A DNA stretch of 44,137 nt, taken from contig NC_068992.1 in assembly GCF_001194135.2 (NCBI RefSeq), forward strand, positions 49,053,422 to 49,097,558, in the 5' to 3' direction. Every line of letters starts with the position of its first letter. The stretch's first letter is position 1. This DNA comes from Octopus bimaculoides. Taxonomy: Eukaryota. The translations under genes and the position numbers were made by a program. The notes beneath the pieces were generated by a model. It did no database searches. It was not told the origin of the DNA and saw only the letters and a list, made by a program, of their open reading frames with translations. Shown one piece after another: positions 12,200 to 24,080 of the stretch.

Positions 12200-13004
12200 T
12201 CGTATTCATTCGAATTTATATGCCTTTTCTATAAATAAGTATATAGAAATATATTAATTTACCAAAGCACTGAGGCATCGTTTGTGGGGTTAAATTGTAA
12301 ATAGGTTTACAAGTGTGTAAGTACTTTTGTTAAACATATATTTGGAATAACCAGGAGAAACCAATCACTACTGGGTTAACCAGTGATTCACACTGCAGAG
12401 TTGGAGATGGCAGTGGTGGTGTTCATTTGTGTCCGAATAGTTAATGTGTAGCAAGTGATTGAAGGGGGAAAAAAGAAGAAGGTGGGCAACAATTGTTGCC
12501 CACCGAAGGACCCCAAGGCTGTGGGAGAGAGAAGGAAGATCCTCCAGTTAAAGCAGAGGAACTACACCCTCCCGTAGCAAAGGGGAGAAAAAAGAAGAAA
12601 AACAGGACAGTGCCGGCGGTTAATACACTGCCGGCATGTTCCAAAGCCTCGTCGGTGGGAATTGTGCCACTGACGGTGGAAGTTGTGGCCTCGACTCGTA
12701 TGGAGGAGGAATTTTTGGTCTTCTTTCTACAGGGGAGAGGCGGTGGGAAAGTTTACTAAAAAGTTTGTCAGGAGAGGAGACATAACCTGCATTAAAGATC
12801 CTGAATTGCCTCCGCAGGTAGCTGTGGAGGTCATCTCAGATACGAATCTTTTCAAGGTAATAAACTCCTTCCCAGAAGACGTATTCCGCTTCCGATTAAG
12901 GCACCCTGGCATGGCACTATCGGAGTGCTTGAGTGACGCTTTGAGCCTAGTCGGGTGCCGGCGATGGGGGAGGGGGGAATAGTAAAAATTAAGAGGCTGA
13001 GTGC

Positions 13005-13008
<4 letters not shown>
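12200..13008 (+). mobile_element. GC-richer coding-like island, possibly the end of ORF1 of an L1/Tx1-type LINE
   Basis: Two overlapping plus-strand ORFs (12493-12759, 12683-12982) separated by a frameshift, CpG-containing, ending abruptly at (TA)n. The family assignment is inference only. Confidence 0.35.
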
Positions 13009-13049
<41 letters not shown>

Positions 13050-13059
<10 letters not shown>

Positions 13060-13330
13060 GATATCTTTCAGTTTCTGTCAACCAAATCTACTCACAAGGC
13101 CTGAGACTATAGTAGAAGACACTTGCCTCAAGGTGCCATGGATTGATAAAGTTTAAACATACAAAATAACCCATTACATTCTCAGAGGGGTTGGCACATT
13201 AGGAGGGGTATCCGGCTATAGAAAATCATGCCAAATCAGACTGGAGTCTGGTTCAGCCTTCCAGCTTACGAGCTCTGGTCAAACTGTCCAATCCATGCCA
13301 GCATGGACAATGTACATTAAATAATGCTAA
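13050..13330. mobile_element. Partial family C SINE (minus, 13050-13140) followed by a family R 3' end (plus, 13160-13330)
   Basis: Matches to the C (actatagtagaagacacttgc) and R (ccaatccatgccagcatggac) consensus seen elsewhere in the window. Confidence 0.7.
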
Positions 13331-13718
13331 TAGTCTGCTTTAAAAGTGTATAAATTTACACCTGTAGCTGTTAAATAGAATTATGTTCTTTACTTCATTT
13401 AATTTTCATCCTGCAAACATTATATTGTACACATGGCACAATATGATTTATTTTAAGGATTTTAAAATGAATTGATGAACATCAAACAGACCCTGCTTTA
13501 GGAATGCATAAATTTGAATATGTTAAATACAATTTAGCTCTTTTATGTTTTTAGTATATATCTAGTCTGTCTCCAGAAAACTGGAAAATCCAGAAATCCA
13601 GGCCACATCTGGTCTCATGCTTGCCGTATATTTCGTCCTGTGCTGTATTGATGGTAGGTGGTCAGGTAGATAATATGTTGAAGTAGACAATTGTGGAATC
13701 AATGTAAAGTGGTGCGTG

Positions 13719-13769
<51 letters not shown>

Positions 13770-14442
13770 AAGTGTAGATGTGTGACATGTCATTGTGATA
13801 AACCATCATATATTACAATAAGTAATTTGCAAATTGCTGAAGTGTTCTTTTGTCTGCTGTCGGTTAGTGATAATGGAGAGAGTGTGATGGTTCGAGGAGT
13901 TGATGGTTCGAGGAGGAGATGATGGTGGGGGAGTGGGGAGGTGAGAAGGGTAGTGGAGGAAATTGTAATGTTTTTGTTGGTGGTGGTGGTGGTAGTGGTG
14001 GTGATGGTAGCAGTGGTCACATTGTTGTTGTAGTGCTGGTGCTGGTGCTGGTGCTGGTAGAGGTGCTGGTGGTAGTAACAGTGATGGTTTGTAGTGGTGG
14101 TAGTGGTGGTGCTGCTGATGATGATGGTAGTGGTGGTGGTGGTGATGGTAGTGGTAGTGGTATGTGGAGAAAAAATAAGTGGAGAAACCTGGACAGCCAA
14201 CAACTTTAATATAAAAACACACCTTTACTCTCTCTCTCTTTATCTTTCTAGCTTTCTCTCTTTCTCTCCATCTTTTTGTTCCTCTCTTCCTAGTTATCTC
14301 TTTCAATCTCCCTCTCTTTTATTCCCACCATTTTTCTCTCACCATTTCTCCTTCTCTCTTTCTCTCCTTCTCTTACTCTCCCCCTCTCTCTCTCCCTCTC
14401 TCTCTCCCTCTCTCTCTCTCTCTTAGCTTAAATCTACATGGG

Positions 14443-14610
14443 GCAGGACGGGCTGTGTGTTTAAGAAGTTTCCTTCCCAACCACATGGTTCTGGGTTCAG
14501 TCCCCCAGCATGGCACTTTGGACAAATGCCTTTTATCGTAGCCCCAGGTCATCCAAAGCCTTGTAAGCGGATTTTGTAGATTGAAACTGAAAGAAGCTTG
14601 TAATGTATGT
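14443..14610 (+). mobile_element. Family C SINE 5' half
   Basis: ggctgtgtgtttaagaagtttccttcccaaccacatggttctgggttcagtcc...ttgaaactgaaagaagc. Confidence 0.8.
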
Positions 14611-15195
14611 TCTCTTTTGTTTATAATTATTTAAATTCTTCTTTTGAGAAAGGAGCTAGTTTTCAACAAGGATACAAAACTCCATCATTGGAATGTAGAT
14701 CACAATAACAATATCATATTTTAAACTTGAGAAAAGTTTTGCATATCTGTACTGTTCCACTTACAAATTGCATTTGTAATGTGCGAGTTGGTTGATTTCT
14801 CTTTCTGAAAACCTTAGCTTCTACAAATTGTCATTTAGGCATTTACTCCTGAAACCATGCGATTCAATTATCATTGGTTTTAATGTGGATTTATAATCTG
14901 TATACAGAAGCTGGAGGTTTTGAAGCAGTTGTCCATAGTTATCCTCTTTCTCTTTGATTTTCAAAGAGATGTTCACATCAGCAGGACAGCTGACCTCTGT
15001 AACAGTACATGCTTTTTATTGGGTGTCCCAAATGACAATATCTGGCCTGTTATGTTTATACTTGACATATGTTTTGATGGGAATGTTCCACCAATATGTG
15101 TTGATGTTTGTGTATGAATTCAATAGCAGAAGGGGGTTCTCTATATTTATTCCGGTATAGTCTTTAATCCAAATGGCATTGTATATTGTTTCTGT
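14610..15195 (-). mobile_element. Second RLE-type (R4/Dong-like) LINE 3' fragment: endonuclease domain to ORF end plus 3' UTR
   Basis: Minus: YWWNIPIKTYVKYKHNRPDIVIWDTQ*KACTVTEVSCPADVNISLKIKEKEDNYGQLL...GTVQICKTFLKFKI*; PD...E.SCP...K..Y RLE motifs; homologous to 9700-10270. Confidence 0.85.
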
Positions 15196-15294
15196 GAAGT
15201 TGTGTTATATAGGGAGATAATACCTTTATGATATGTATGTGTATGTATGTATGTATTTGCAGTATATATGTATGTGCGTGTATATATGTATGTA

Positions 15295-15327
<33 letters not shown>

Positions 15328-15379
15328 GTATGTATATGTGCATGTGTGTGTGTATGTGTATGAATGTATGTATGTATGT

Positions 15380-15590
15380 AGGTTACTTGGTAACCTCACT
15401 GGTGCTGGTAACACGAAAAAGCACCCAGTACACTCTGTAAACTAGCTGGTTTGGGGAAGGACATCTAGCTGTAGAAATCCTGCCAAAACAGACATTGAAC
15501 CTCAAAGCAGTTCTCTCCCCTATCAGATCCTTTTGAACCACCCAACCCATGCCAGCATGGATTACACATGTTAAATAATAATGATGGTGA
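15380..15590 (+). mobile_element. Family R retroposon, diverged
   Basis: gcacccagtacactctgtaa...cccaacccatgccagcatgg...aataatgatg. Confidence 0.75.
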
Positions 15591-15619
15591 AGATCTCTTC
15601 TACTCTTGCAAAAACTGGT

Positions 15620-15900
15620 TCTAATCTACCTATTACTTAAACTGTCCCCCAGTACAATATCTCCAACTCCACTATTTCCAGTCGTTTCTTACAAACAATC
15701 TAGCTCCCATATTTCAGCTCTGTTGCCCCACACATTATCCATTTTGAATTGGAAAATTGGCAGAATTCTCTTTCATTACATCGTATTATTCAAGACTAAA
15801 AGTTGTCTTCTTTGTGGCAGAACTCTTTAGCCTAGTTGAACCTTTTGATCTTATTAGCTTTTGGAATCATAGGCTTCTTTCTTGCAAATCTTTATTCTTA
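15620..15900 (-). mobile_element. Decayed Tc1-family transposase fragment (linker to start of the DDE domain)
   Basis: Minus: RFARKKPMIPKANKIKRFN*AKEFCHKEDNF*S*IIRCNE corresponds to the Tc1 ARKKP...KRL.WAK.H...FW..VIWSDE motif. Confidence 0.7.
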
Positions 15901-16286
15901 TTGAAGGTCTTTTAATATGAGAAATATGATGATATATCTATAGAATTTGAAACCTTTCTAACAGTTGCAAATCAATGTTTAATAACTTCGCTCTTAGCTG
16001 CCTCCTTTGCCTTCTCAACAACTCTCTGTGACTTTCTATATTTGTTCTTCACCAGTCAATGCCCTTCTTGAATATATCATTCACTGTTTGATGATTAATA
16101 CCCAAAAAATTAAACTATTTCTTGATTAGATCTTAGTCCCAGATTCTAGTTGACCACTTAATAACCTATAAATTCAACAATACTTTTTTTTATCTCTCAG
16201 CAGTTTTCAGTGCCATCTTTTATCAAATTAAAGTGACAACTAAAATATGAATTCATATATGTACAAATATGTAATACAGGCAAAGT

Positions 16287-16430
16287 CATGGCTGTGTGAT
16301 TAAGAAACTTGCCTCCCAAAGATGTAGACTTGGTTTCAGTCCCACTGCAGGACACCTGGAACAAGGTGTCCTACTTCTGCTACAGCCCCAGGCTGACCAA
16401 AGCCTTGTGAGTGGGCCTGATAGACAGAAA
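16287..16430 (+). mobile_element. Family C SINE 5' part, diverged
   Basis: ggctgtgtgattaagaaacttgc...ttcagtcccactgc...ccaaagccttgtgagtgg. Confidence 0.75.
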
Positions 16431-16789
16431 TATTTAGATATAAATATAAATTAATCATTATGCACTCCACTGTTGTGATTCTAGATTTTCAGAAGCACAG
16501 TGATGTTAAATTATACCTTAAACCTAACTACTATTTTTTTTTTTTTATTGATAGCTGAACCTCTGCAGAGTGCTTACTGCGAGTAGTGTCTTGATTATAT
16601 ATATATATGGAGGTCTTTGGACCGTGCTTGCATTTCAGGAAATTCCTGCTGGCCAACCCACAAGATAACAGGGTCACTTACAATCGATAGTTAAAGAGAG
16701 ACAATCCCCTGTTATTGACATTGAATAGCAAGGTCCTTTCCTTCTCCATATTCTAGAGAGGCCACTCACTAGAGGCATTCAGCCAACAA

Positions 16790-16861
16790 GTTTTGGGATC
16801 TGATGATACACCGTAAAGCTAAGCACTTCATGGACGTGAAACCCAGGGTAATTCCATAAAC
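16790..16861 (+). ncRNA. Type I hammerhead ribozyme motif with long stem II
   Basis: GUUUUGGGAU CUGAUGA(16800-06) U [ACACCGUAAAG-CUAAGCA-CUUCAUGGACGU] GAA ACCC-A-GGGU A(16850)^AUUCCA(U)AAAC: stem I 10 bp with one bulge, stem II an imperfect hairpin, GUA triplet. Confidence 0.75.
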
Positions 16862-17226
16862 CAGCCTTATCTAACTCTATATTTCTGGATTATTGTGAAG
16901 GTCTTTATATTTTTGTTGGTAGAACCCTTTCATTCCAATAATGAATTCCTGAGGAGAAGCCTCATTTGTGATTTCAAAAGGGTTATTTTTCGCTTTGTTT
17001 TGAATTAATTAGGCTTGGAAACAACTTCTAGAGTTTTTATTGGATATATCTACCAACTTGGAATAAAGTAATGTCTACACTTCTATTTTTTGCTTTTCCT
17101 TATATTTTATATATATGTGAGAGTGAGTGTGTGTGTGTGTGTGTGTGTGTGTTATCAAACACACATACACGACATATGTGCTTTGTTTGTTTGCTGGTAG
17201 GCTGTGATTTGACACAATGGAGATGA

Positions 17227-17357
17227 AGAGCATCCAGCTGTAGAAACTCTGCCAAATCAGATTGGAGCCTGGTGTAGCCATCTGGTTCACCAGTCCTCAG
17301 TCAAATCGTCCAACCCATGCTAGCATGGAAAGCGGACGTTAAACGATGATGATGATG
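17227..17357 (+). mobile_element. Family R 3' end, close to consensus
   Basis: catccagctgtagaaactctgcc...cccatgctagcatggaaagcggacgttaaacgatgatgatgatg. Confidence 0.9.
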
Positions 17358-17879
17358 AGATGACTGTATCTCAAAACGCCAGGTGTTAAAACACCTGAAA
17401 TCAGACAGGCAAAACAACTCACCCCAAGTCTCATTCAGAAACAATGGACATCGATGTTTAGTCATTTCTGTGGCTTATCAACATCATGTACCTGAACCAA
17501 ACCAGAGGTGAATTGAATTGCCTGTCTATGACTATATACAAATAATATAAAAACCATTTGCTGGTATACCACAACGATGCATATATAAGAAGAAATTCAA
17601 CTATGAATTAGAAGCAGCACTAGTGTTGCAAACATCGTATATATGCAATGGCCTTCTAAATAATTTCCATTTACCAAATTTACTTAAAAGGTATTGGTCA
17701 GTCCAAGGATATAGTAGAAGACTAACCCTATATACCACACAGTATAACTGAATTCAACAACAAATGTCTTAACAATACAACCAAGCCTACACCTATGCAG
17801 TTTTTTTAAATGGTTTCTCTTTTTGTTTCTCCATTCTCCTCGCATTTATTTGTTATGTTTGGTTAATATTTCATAGTCT

Positions 17880-18620
17880 CATGAGAAAGTTGTTGTCCCC
17901 TTTTTGTCCATATTTTACAGCTTTTTATATTGGCTTTTATTTCATTCAGTTCTACATATTTTATAGCCATACAGTACATATTTTATATAGGCTTTTTTTT
18001 CGTTCGGTTACAGAAGGCCCCAACCTCTCTGTATATAATCTTTCTGTGTTGACTTTTGCAGTGCTGTATTCAAAATGCAGTCATTATTTCTTCCTTGTTT
18101 TCCTCTCTAGTCTTGCTAATTCACTTAGTTTCCAGTGGAGAATACTGTAAGTTATTACATGAACAGCATGAGAATATAATGGTAACCATTAACAATAACT
18201 ATGGCCTGTTTTTTCTTTTTTTATTTTTTTGGCATTCAGCTGTTTCTAGTATTAATCTATAACATCTTTCATATTCCTCTCTCAAACTTTTTTCTCTCAT
18301 TTGCGTATGTGCTTTTTCAACTATGCCGGCTTCCTTAATTCCTAATTCTAAATATACTATATTTAGTACAATATTTTTTTTATCTCTGTTTCATTAACTA
18401 ACATAGTATTACCATTTTATTATCATTATCATCATCATCATCATCATCATTATTATCATTATTTGAATTTTCTCTCAAAAGACCAAATATCATGTCGATT
18501 TCCCTCCTGAATCCATGTACAGTGCGTCATTGACTTCCCAGTTATTTTGTCATCTGCAGCATACATCACGATGATTCATAAACAGGAGACAGTTTGGTGC
18601 CATTCTATACCAACATATAT
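17880..18620 (-). mobile_element. Heavily decayed non-LTR RT fragment (RT C-terminus/thumb), R4/RLE-like
   Basis: Minus pieces: CLLFMNH (HLLFMDD-like), VHGFRREIDMIFGL (V..FS.DI.M.FGL), YLELGIKE, HWKLSELARLERKTRKK, ERLY...GWGL; interrupted by (tca/tta)n at about 18420-18465. Confidence 0.65.
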
Positions 18621-19719
18621 ATATCTACACCTATACTCAATTTTCTTCTTGTTTTTCTTTCATTTTCTCAGCCTTTCACTCAACTCATTTCAGCTCCATC
18701 ATTCATACACAGTAACATTAAGCAACCAGCAGAACCCACTGTGTTTGCTTTAAATTTTGTTTTTCACTCAACACACATCTCTCACACCTTTAATCTTCAT
18801 GTTTTGATACCATAAGGTAATACACATTATACGTAAACATCATAGAATTTGACCTTCTTTCAGAAAGAGAACTCCTTTGTTGCTAGCAAAGATAATATAC
18901 TGCTGACCTTTGTTCTCCCTGTTTCTACTCAGACTGCAATATCAAACATTGACACTTCCAAGATGGTAGTAGACTTTTGTATTCTTGGGGGGCGGGGAGA
19001 CTCTGGTTTTTTCTAGATTTCCTGTTGCACTATATATATAAAAAGCATTGGTGATGGTGCCACATAAAAAGCGCCCAGTACATTCTGTAAAGTAGTTGGC
19101 CTTGGGAAGACATCCACCTGTAATGACAGAGTAAGACTGCTTCCAAGACCAATTTCTTTCTAAGAAACATCTGGAGTTTGGTCTCCTCATTGCTGTGACG
19201 TCTCATAGGGCACCTAAGGCCTGCAAGGGACTTGCAGGTCATTTCACATTAACCACAAGCCAGCCCCAGCTCCCCTGCAACAACATGACCATCTGAATTC
19301 TCCAATTTGTCCTCTGAATCACAATTGCTTGTACAGTAATATTAAGTATAAATGTACTGTCACAACTCCGTGTTCTCACCAATCTAGGGTAACTTCAAAC
19401 AAAGCTACCTAGCACACCTGAACTCCTTCTTAGCTAAAGCTTCAAAACAATCTCCTTCCATCACCTCCCACATACACCACCTCAAGACCCAGGGCATATT
19501 CTATATCATGGCCTGGTCTATAAACCCCTTACTATGCAAATCATCCCTTCACTTATTCCAACCCATTCCTTACTCTGTTCCCTCTAAACTTTTATATTTG
19601 TAAATATTGCTAGGAAACGCATGTTACACACATGGTCAAAATACACTACCTTGAATCATTTTAGCTTTAGAATGGTGCCACTCCACTGGGGTGTTTGTGT
19701 ATGTATATTTAATTTGTCT

Positions 19720-20005
19720 TGCAACTTAGATGGTGATCCCACCAATGCTGGTGCCACATAGAAATTGCTGATGCTGGTGCCATGTAAAACTCACCCTATT
19801 CCCTGGGTAAAGTGGTTGGCATTAGAAAGGGCATCCAGCTGCAGAAATCATGCCAAGGCAGACAATGGAGCCTAGCTCAAATTTCTGGCCTACCAGCGCC
19901 TGTCAGACTATCCAACCCATGCCATCATGGAGAACAAACGTTAAATGGTGATGGTGATGATGATGGTAATGGTGGTGGGGGGGTTATGATGATGATGATG
20001 ATGAT
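19720..20005 (+). mobile_element. Family R retroposon, diverged
   Basis: gtggttggcattagaaagggcatccagctg...ccaacccatgccatcatggagaacaaacgttaaatggtgatggtgatgatg. Confidence 0.8.
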
Positions 20006-20250
20006 AGCAATGAATACAAACTGTCAATAGGCCAGTTACTGCAGTATTTTTCCAGAGATAGTATCTCTTATGGTCTTGCTGTGTTAAAAACTTGATAAAT
20101 ATCAGAGAGAGATGAAAATTCATCCCAGCAGCAGCCAGCCAGAATCCCAACTGCATTCGGGCATTTTTTGATGTTTACTAACGGTCAGCTACATGCTTGT
20201 ACAAGAATTTGCGATCTCCAAAAAGGATGAAATTCATACATTCATAGACA

Positions 20251-20298
<48 letters not shown>

Positions 20299-21529
20299 NN
20301 NNNNNNNNNNNNNNNNNNNNNNNNNNNNNNNNNNNNNNNNNNNNNNNNNNNNNNNNNNNNNNNNNNNNNNNNNNNNNNNNNNNNNNNNNNNNNNNNNNNN
20401 NNNNNNNNNNNNNNNNNNNNNNNNNNNNNNNNNNNNNNNNNNNNNNNNNNNNNNNNNNNNNNNNNNNNNNNNNNNNNNNNNNNNNNNNNNNNNNNNNNNN
20501 NNNNNNNNNNNNNNNNNNNNNNNNNNNNNNNNNNNNNNNNNNNNNNNNNNNNNNNNNNNNNNNNNNNNNNNNNNNNNNNNNNNNNNNNNNNNNNNNNNNN
20601 NNNNNNNNNNNNNNNNNNNNNNNNNNNNNNNNNNNNNNNNNNNNNNNNNNNNNNNNNNNNNNNNNNNNNNNNNNNNNNNNNNNNNNNNNNNNNNNNNNNN
20701 NNNNNNNNNNNNNNNNNNNNNNNNNNNNNNNNNNNNNNNNNNNNNNNNNNNNNNNNNNNNNNNNNNNNNNNNNNNNNNNNNNNNNNNNNNNNNNNNNNNN
20801 NNNNNNNNNNNNNNNNNNNNNNNNNNNNNNNNNNNNNNNNNNNNNNNNNNNNNNNNNNNNNNNNNNNNNNNNNNNNNNNNNNNNNNNNNNNNNNNNNNNN
20901 NNNNNNNNNNNNNNNNNNNNNNNNNNNNNNNNNNNNNNNNNNNNNNNNNNNNNNNNNNNNNNNNNNNNNNNNNNNNNNNNNNNNNNNNNNNNNNNNNNNN
21001 NNNNNNNNNACACTTTTCAGGGAAAGAAAAACATGTAGAAATATTTTAACGCTAGATTTATTCCAACATCACAAGATTAAAACAAGTTACCTTTAACCTT
21101 TTTTGCCTTTTCTTGATCTTTTACAACATAGTCGGCATTTTAAAAGAAATCTTTTTTTTTTTTTGCCTAATTTTAATAAAAGATTTTCAAAAAGTTTTTC
21201 ATTTTGAAAAATACTGTCGATTTTACTGTTGGTAAGGTGTAATACTGAAAATGTTAGAGAGCTCTTGGTCAATTGTTGATGTATGAAACAGTCAATGAGT
21301 GTTATTTTGAAATTTTAAAAAAAACTGGGAACTTTCTTATAACTTGTTGATGCTATTGTGAGCAACTACCATAAAATGGCACTGGTACATTTTTCCAAGC
21401 AGCAGTTTACTGAAATAATAATTGTCTGGAAGCTAATGGCCACCACTTTAAGGATTTCTTGTAATTGTAGAAGTTAAAAGTAATTATATTGATCCCATTA
21501 TATCAGAATAAATTTAGTATTAAAATATT

Positions 21530-21848
21530 TATACACTGGCACTTGTGCCAGTGGCATGTGTAAAGACATTTGAGCGAGATCGTTGCCAGTGCCGCTGGAC
21601 TGGCTCCTGTGCAGGTGGCACGTAAAATACACCATTTTGAGCGTGGCTGTTGCCAGTACCGCCTGACTGGCCTTCGTGCCGGTGGCATGTAAAAGCACCC
21701 ACTACACTCTCGGAGTGGTTGGCATTAGGAAGGGCATCCAGCTGTAGAAACTCTACCAAATCAGATTGGAGCCTGGTGTAGCCATCTGGTTCACCAGTCC
21801 TCAGTCAAATCATCCAACCCATGCTAGCATGGAAAGCGGACATTAAAC
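21530..21848 (+). mobile_element. Family R retroposon with internal about 62-65-bp tandem units
   Basis: gtggca(c/t)gt motif at about 21554, 21616 and 21681, then the conserved 3' end. Confidence 0.9.
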
Positions 21849-22879
21849 ATTCTCTCCCCCACCACACCCTGCTAATTGTTCTTTTATATCACCTGCCCAT
21901 TCCAGTGGTCATTTGTGATTTGCAATCATCAACTGACACCATTAACGACCAGCCAGCTTTCTCCCTCAGTCCAATTGTTCACCTTGTGCAGTCCAATGAG
22001 ATTTACTCTCCAACCTCCACATATTTCACTTTCAATGCCCCATGTCTCACTGCCATGTGACAGTAGACATCTTCTACATGTTTCATGCAATCTATTTTCA
22101 CATAAGGAGAGAAAATAAAAATAATTAACACACCTCGATCAGAGATTTCTGGGTATCCATGTTCAATTGTTTAATCAACTGAGTAACTGACTCATTAGAT
22201 TATTTGTGTAAGTGGCTGAGTATTCCACAGACATGTGTCTCTACTGGAAAGGTAGTTCTCAGGCAGAATCAGCTAAACTTTTAAAATACAGGTACAATCC
22301 ATCCAATAGGCTTCCATACTGTTTCTATTCATACTATTTCACTTACAGGATTTGGGTCAGCTTTACAGCTATAGAAAATGATGGCCAAGGTGCCACACAG
22401 CAGAACAGAAACTAGAATCTCATGAATGCAAAGCAAACTTCCAAACCATTTGGCCATACTGCCCCTACAGTGGGAGAAAGTTTTCATGAAAACTGAATCT
22501 CTTTCTTGCCAACTGAGTCGACAATTTCCTAAACTTTTATCCCATCTACTATATTCTAGTAACTATTAATTCACTAGAGCCATCCCCATACTAATTAGAT
22601 CACCTAGGCAACAGAAACTGACAGCTTTACATCTTGTGAGGAATCTGAACAGTTCATGGACTTCATTTCGTGGGGAGTTCTACACATTTCTCTTGGTTTC
22701 CTGGCAATTAATTTTGTCTGCCATTCTCTGCAGACATCTCACACTACAATATTTCGCAACCCATTCTTCTACCATTCTCCACACGCTACAATATTTCAGT
22801 GTTTGTTTCTTACACTGAGTACACAGCATGAAGATGATGCCTATTCATTTAAGATATTTATTACAAAAAGGATGACTCA

Positions 22880-22980
22880 CATCATCACCGTCGTCATTTA
22901 ACGTCCGCTTTCCATGCTAGCATGGGTTGGATGATTTGACTGAGGATTGGTGAAACCAGGTGGCTACACCAGGCTCCAAT
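22880..22980 (-). mobile_element. Family R 3' end
   Basis: catcgtcgtcatttaacgtccgctttccatgctagcatgggttgg on +. Confidence 0.85.
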
Positions 22981-23049
22981 CACATCACATTAATATACAC
23001 TCTACATATATATAATTGTGTGTGTGTGTGTATGTGTGTGCATGTAAAG

Positions 23050-23340
23050 GTGCATGGTTCAGTGGTTAGTGTCGGGCTTACAAACATGAAGTTATGAGTT
23101 CAATTCCCAGACCAGGCTGTGTGTTATTTCACATTGTTCCATTTCTCTCGGCTGCAGAAATGAGTCGCGATGCCACTGGTGCCAAGCTGTGATCAGCCTT
23201 TGCCTTTCCTTTGGATAACATCAGTGGTGCAGAGAGACTGGTATGCATGGGTGACTGCTGACCTTCTACAAACAACCTTGCCTGGACTTGTGCCTCAGTG
23301 GGGAACATCTAGGTGCAATCCCATGGTGATTTGTGACCAA
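23050..23340 (+). mobile_element. tRNA-headed SINE with a further distinct body
   Basis: A-box tggttcagtggtta and B-box gagttcaattccc, followed by a non-C, non-M body. Confidence 0.6.
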
Positions 23341-23369
23341 AGCCAAAATTTTTTTTTTTTATCAAGCAA

Positions 23370-23885
23370 GTGACTTGGCAACCCTGCAGATGCTGGTGCT
23401 ACATACAAGAGCACCTAGTACGCTCTCTAAAGTGATTACAGAGGTAATGACAAGTGACCGAAACCTTTGGCGATTTGCTGTGCTTGAGATGATATGTCAA
23501 GCTAAGGGAAATCACAGCCATAACCAGTACCGGTGACATGTGAAAGGCACCCACTACACTCTGTGGAGTGGTTGGTGTTAGGAAGAGCATCCAGCCATAG
23601 AAACCAAGCCAAAATAGACTGGAGCCACAGTGCAGCTCTCTGGCTTACCAGTTCCAGTCAAAGTGCCTAACCCATGCCAGAATGGAAAACAGATGATAGA
23701 TGATGATGATGATGATGGTGGTGATGATGATCCAGCTACAGAAACCATACCAAAACAGGCGGCAGAGCCTGTTCCTGTCAAACCATCTTACCTATTCCAG
23801 CATGGAAGACAGATGTTAAATGATGATGATGATGACGATGACGATGATCATCATCATCATCGTCGTCATCATCATCATCATGACA
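23370..23885 (+). mobile_element. Family R element(s) with a duplicated 3' end and (GAT)n tails
   Basis: Two successive 3' ends (ccatgccagaatgg...gatgat at about 23675-23730; ccagcatgg...gatgat at about 23800-23850). Confidence 0.8.
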
Positions 23886-24019
23886 ATGTACATATTCATT
23901 CTTAATATATTCCAGCAAATTTGAATGCAAATGTACCAATGACTGTTGTATTCCATCTTTGGAGAACACTTTGTTCCAGGTGATTGGGTTTTCACAACAC
24001 ACACATAATTCGGTGTTAT

Positions 24020-24080
24020 AAGACGATTTTGAAACACAGGTGTTTCAACCTAGTTACGCTTCTTCAGTCAAAGCCAACTT
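24020..24080 (-). ncRNA. Type I hammerhead ribozyme motif (Penelope pLTR style)
   Basis: Minus: AAGUUGGCUUUGA CUGAAGA(24067-61) AGC-GUAACUAG-GUU GAA ACA-CCUG-UGU U(24033)^UCAAAAUCGUCUU; 11 of 13 stem I positions pair; GUU triplet. Confidence 0.75.

Noticed and set aside
22938-22965. CTGAGGA-ttggt-GAAAC in family R copies
   Set aside because: No room for stem II, position 17 is G, and stem I does not pair.
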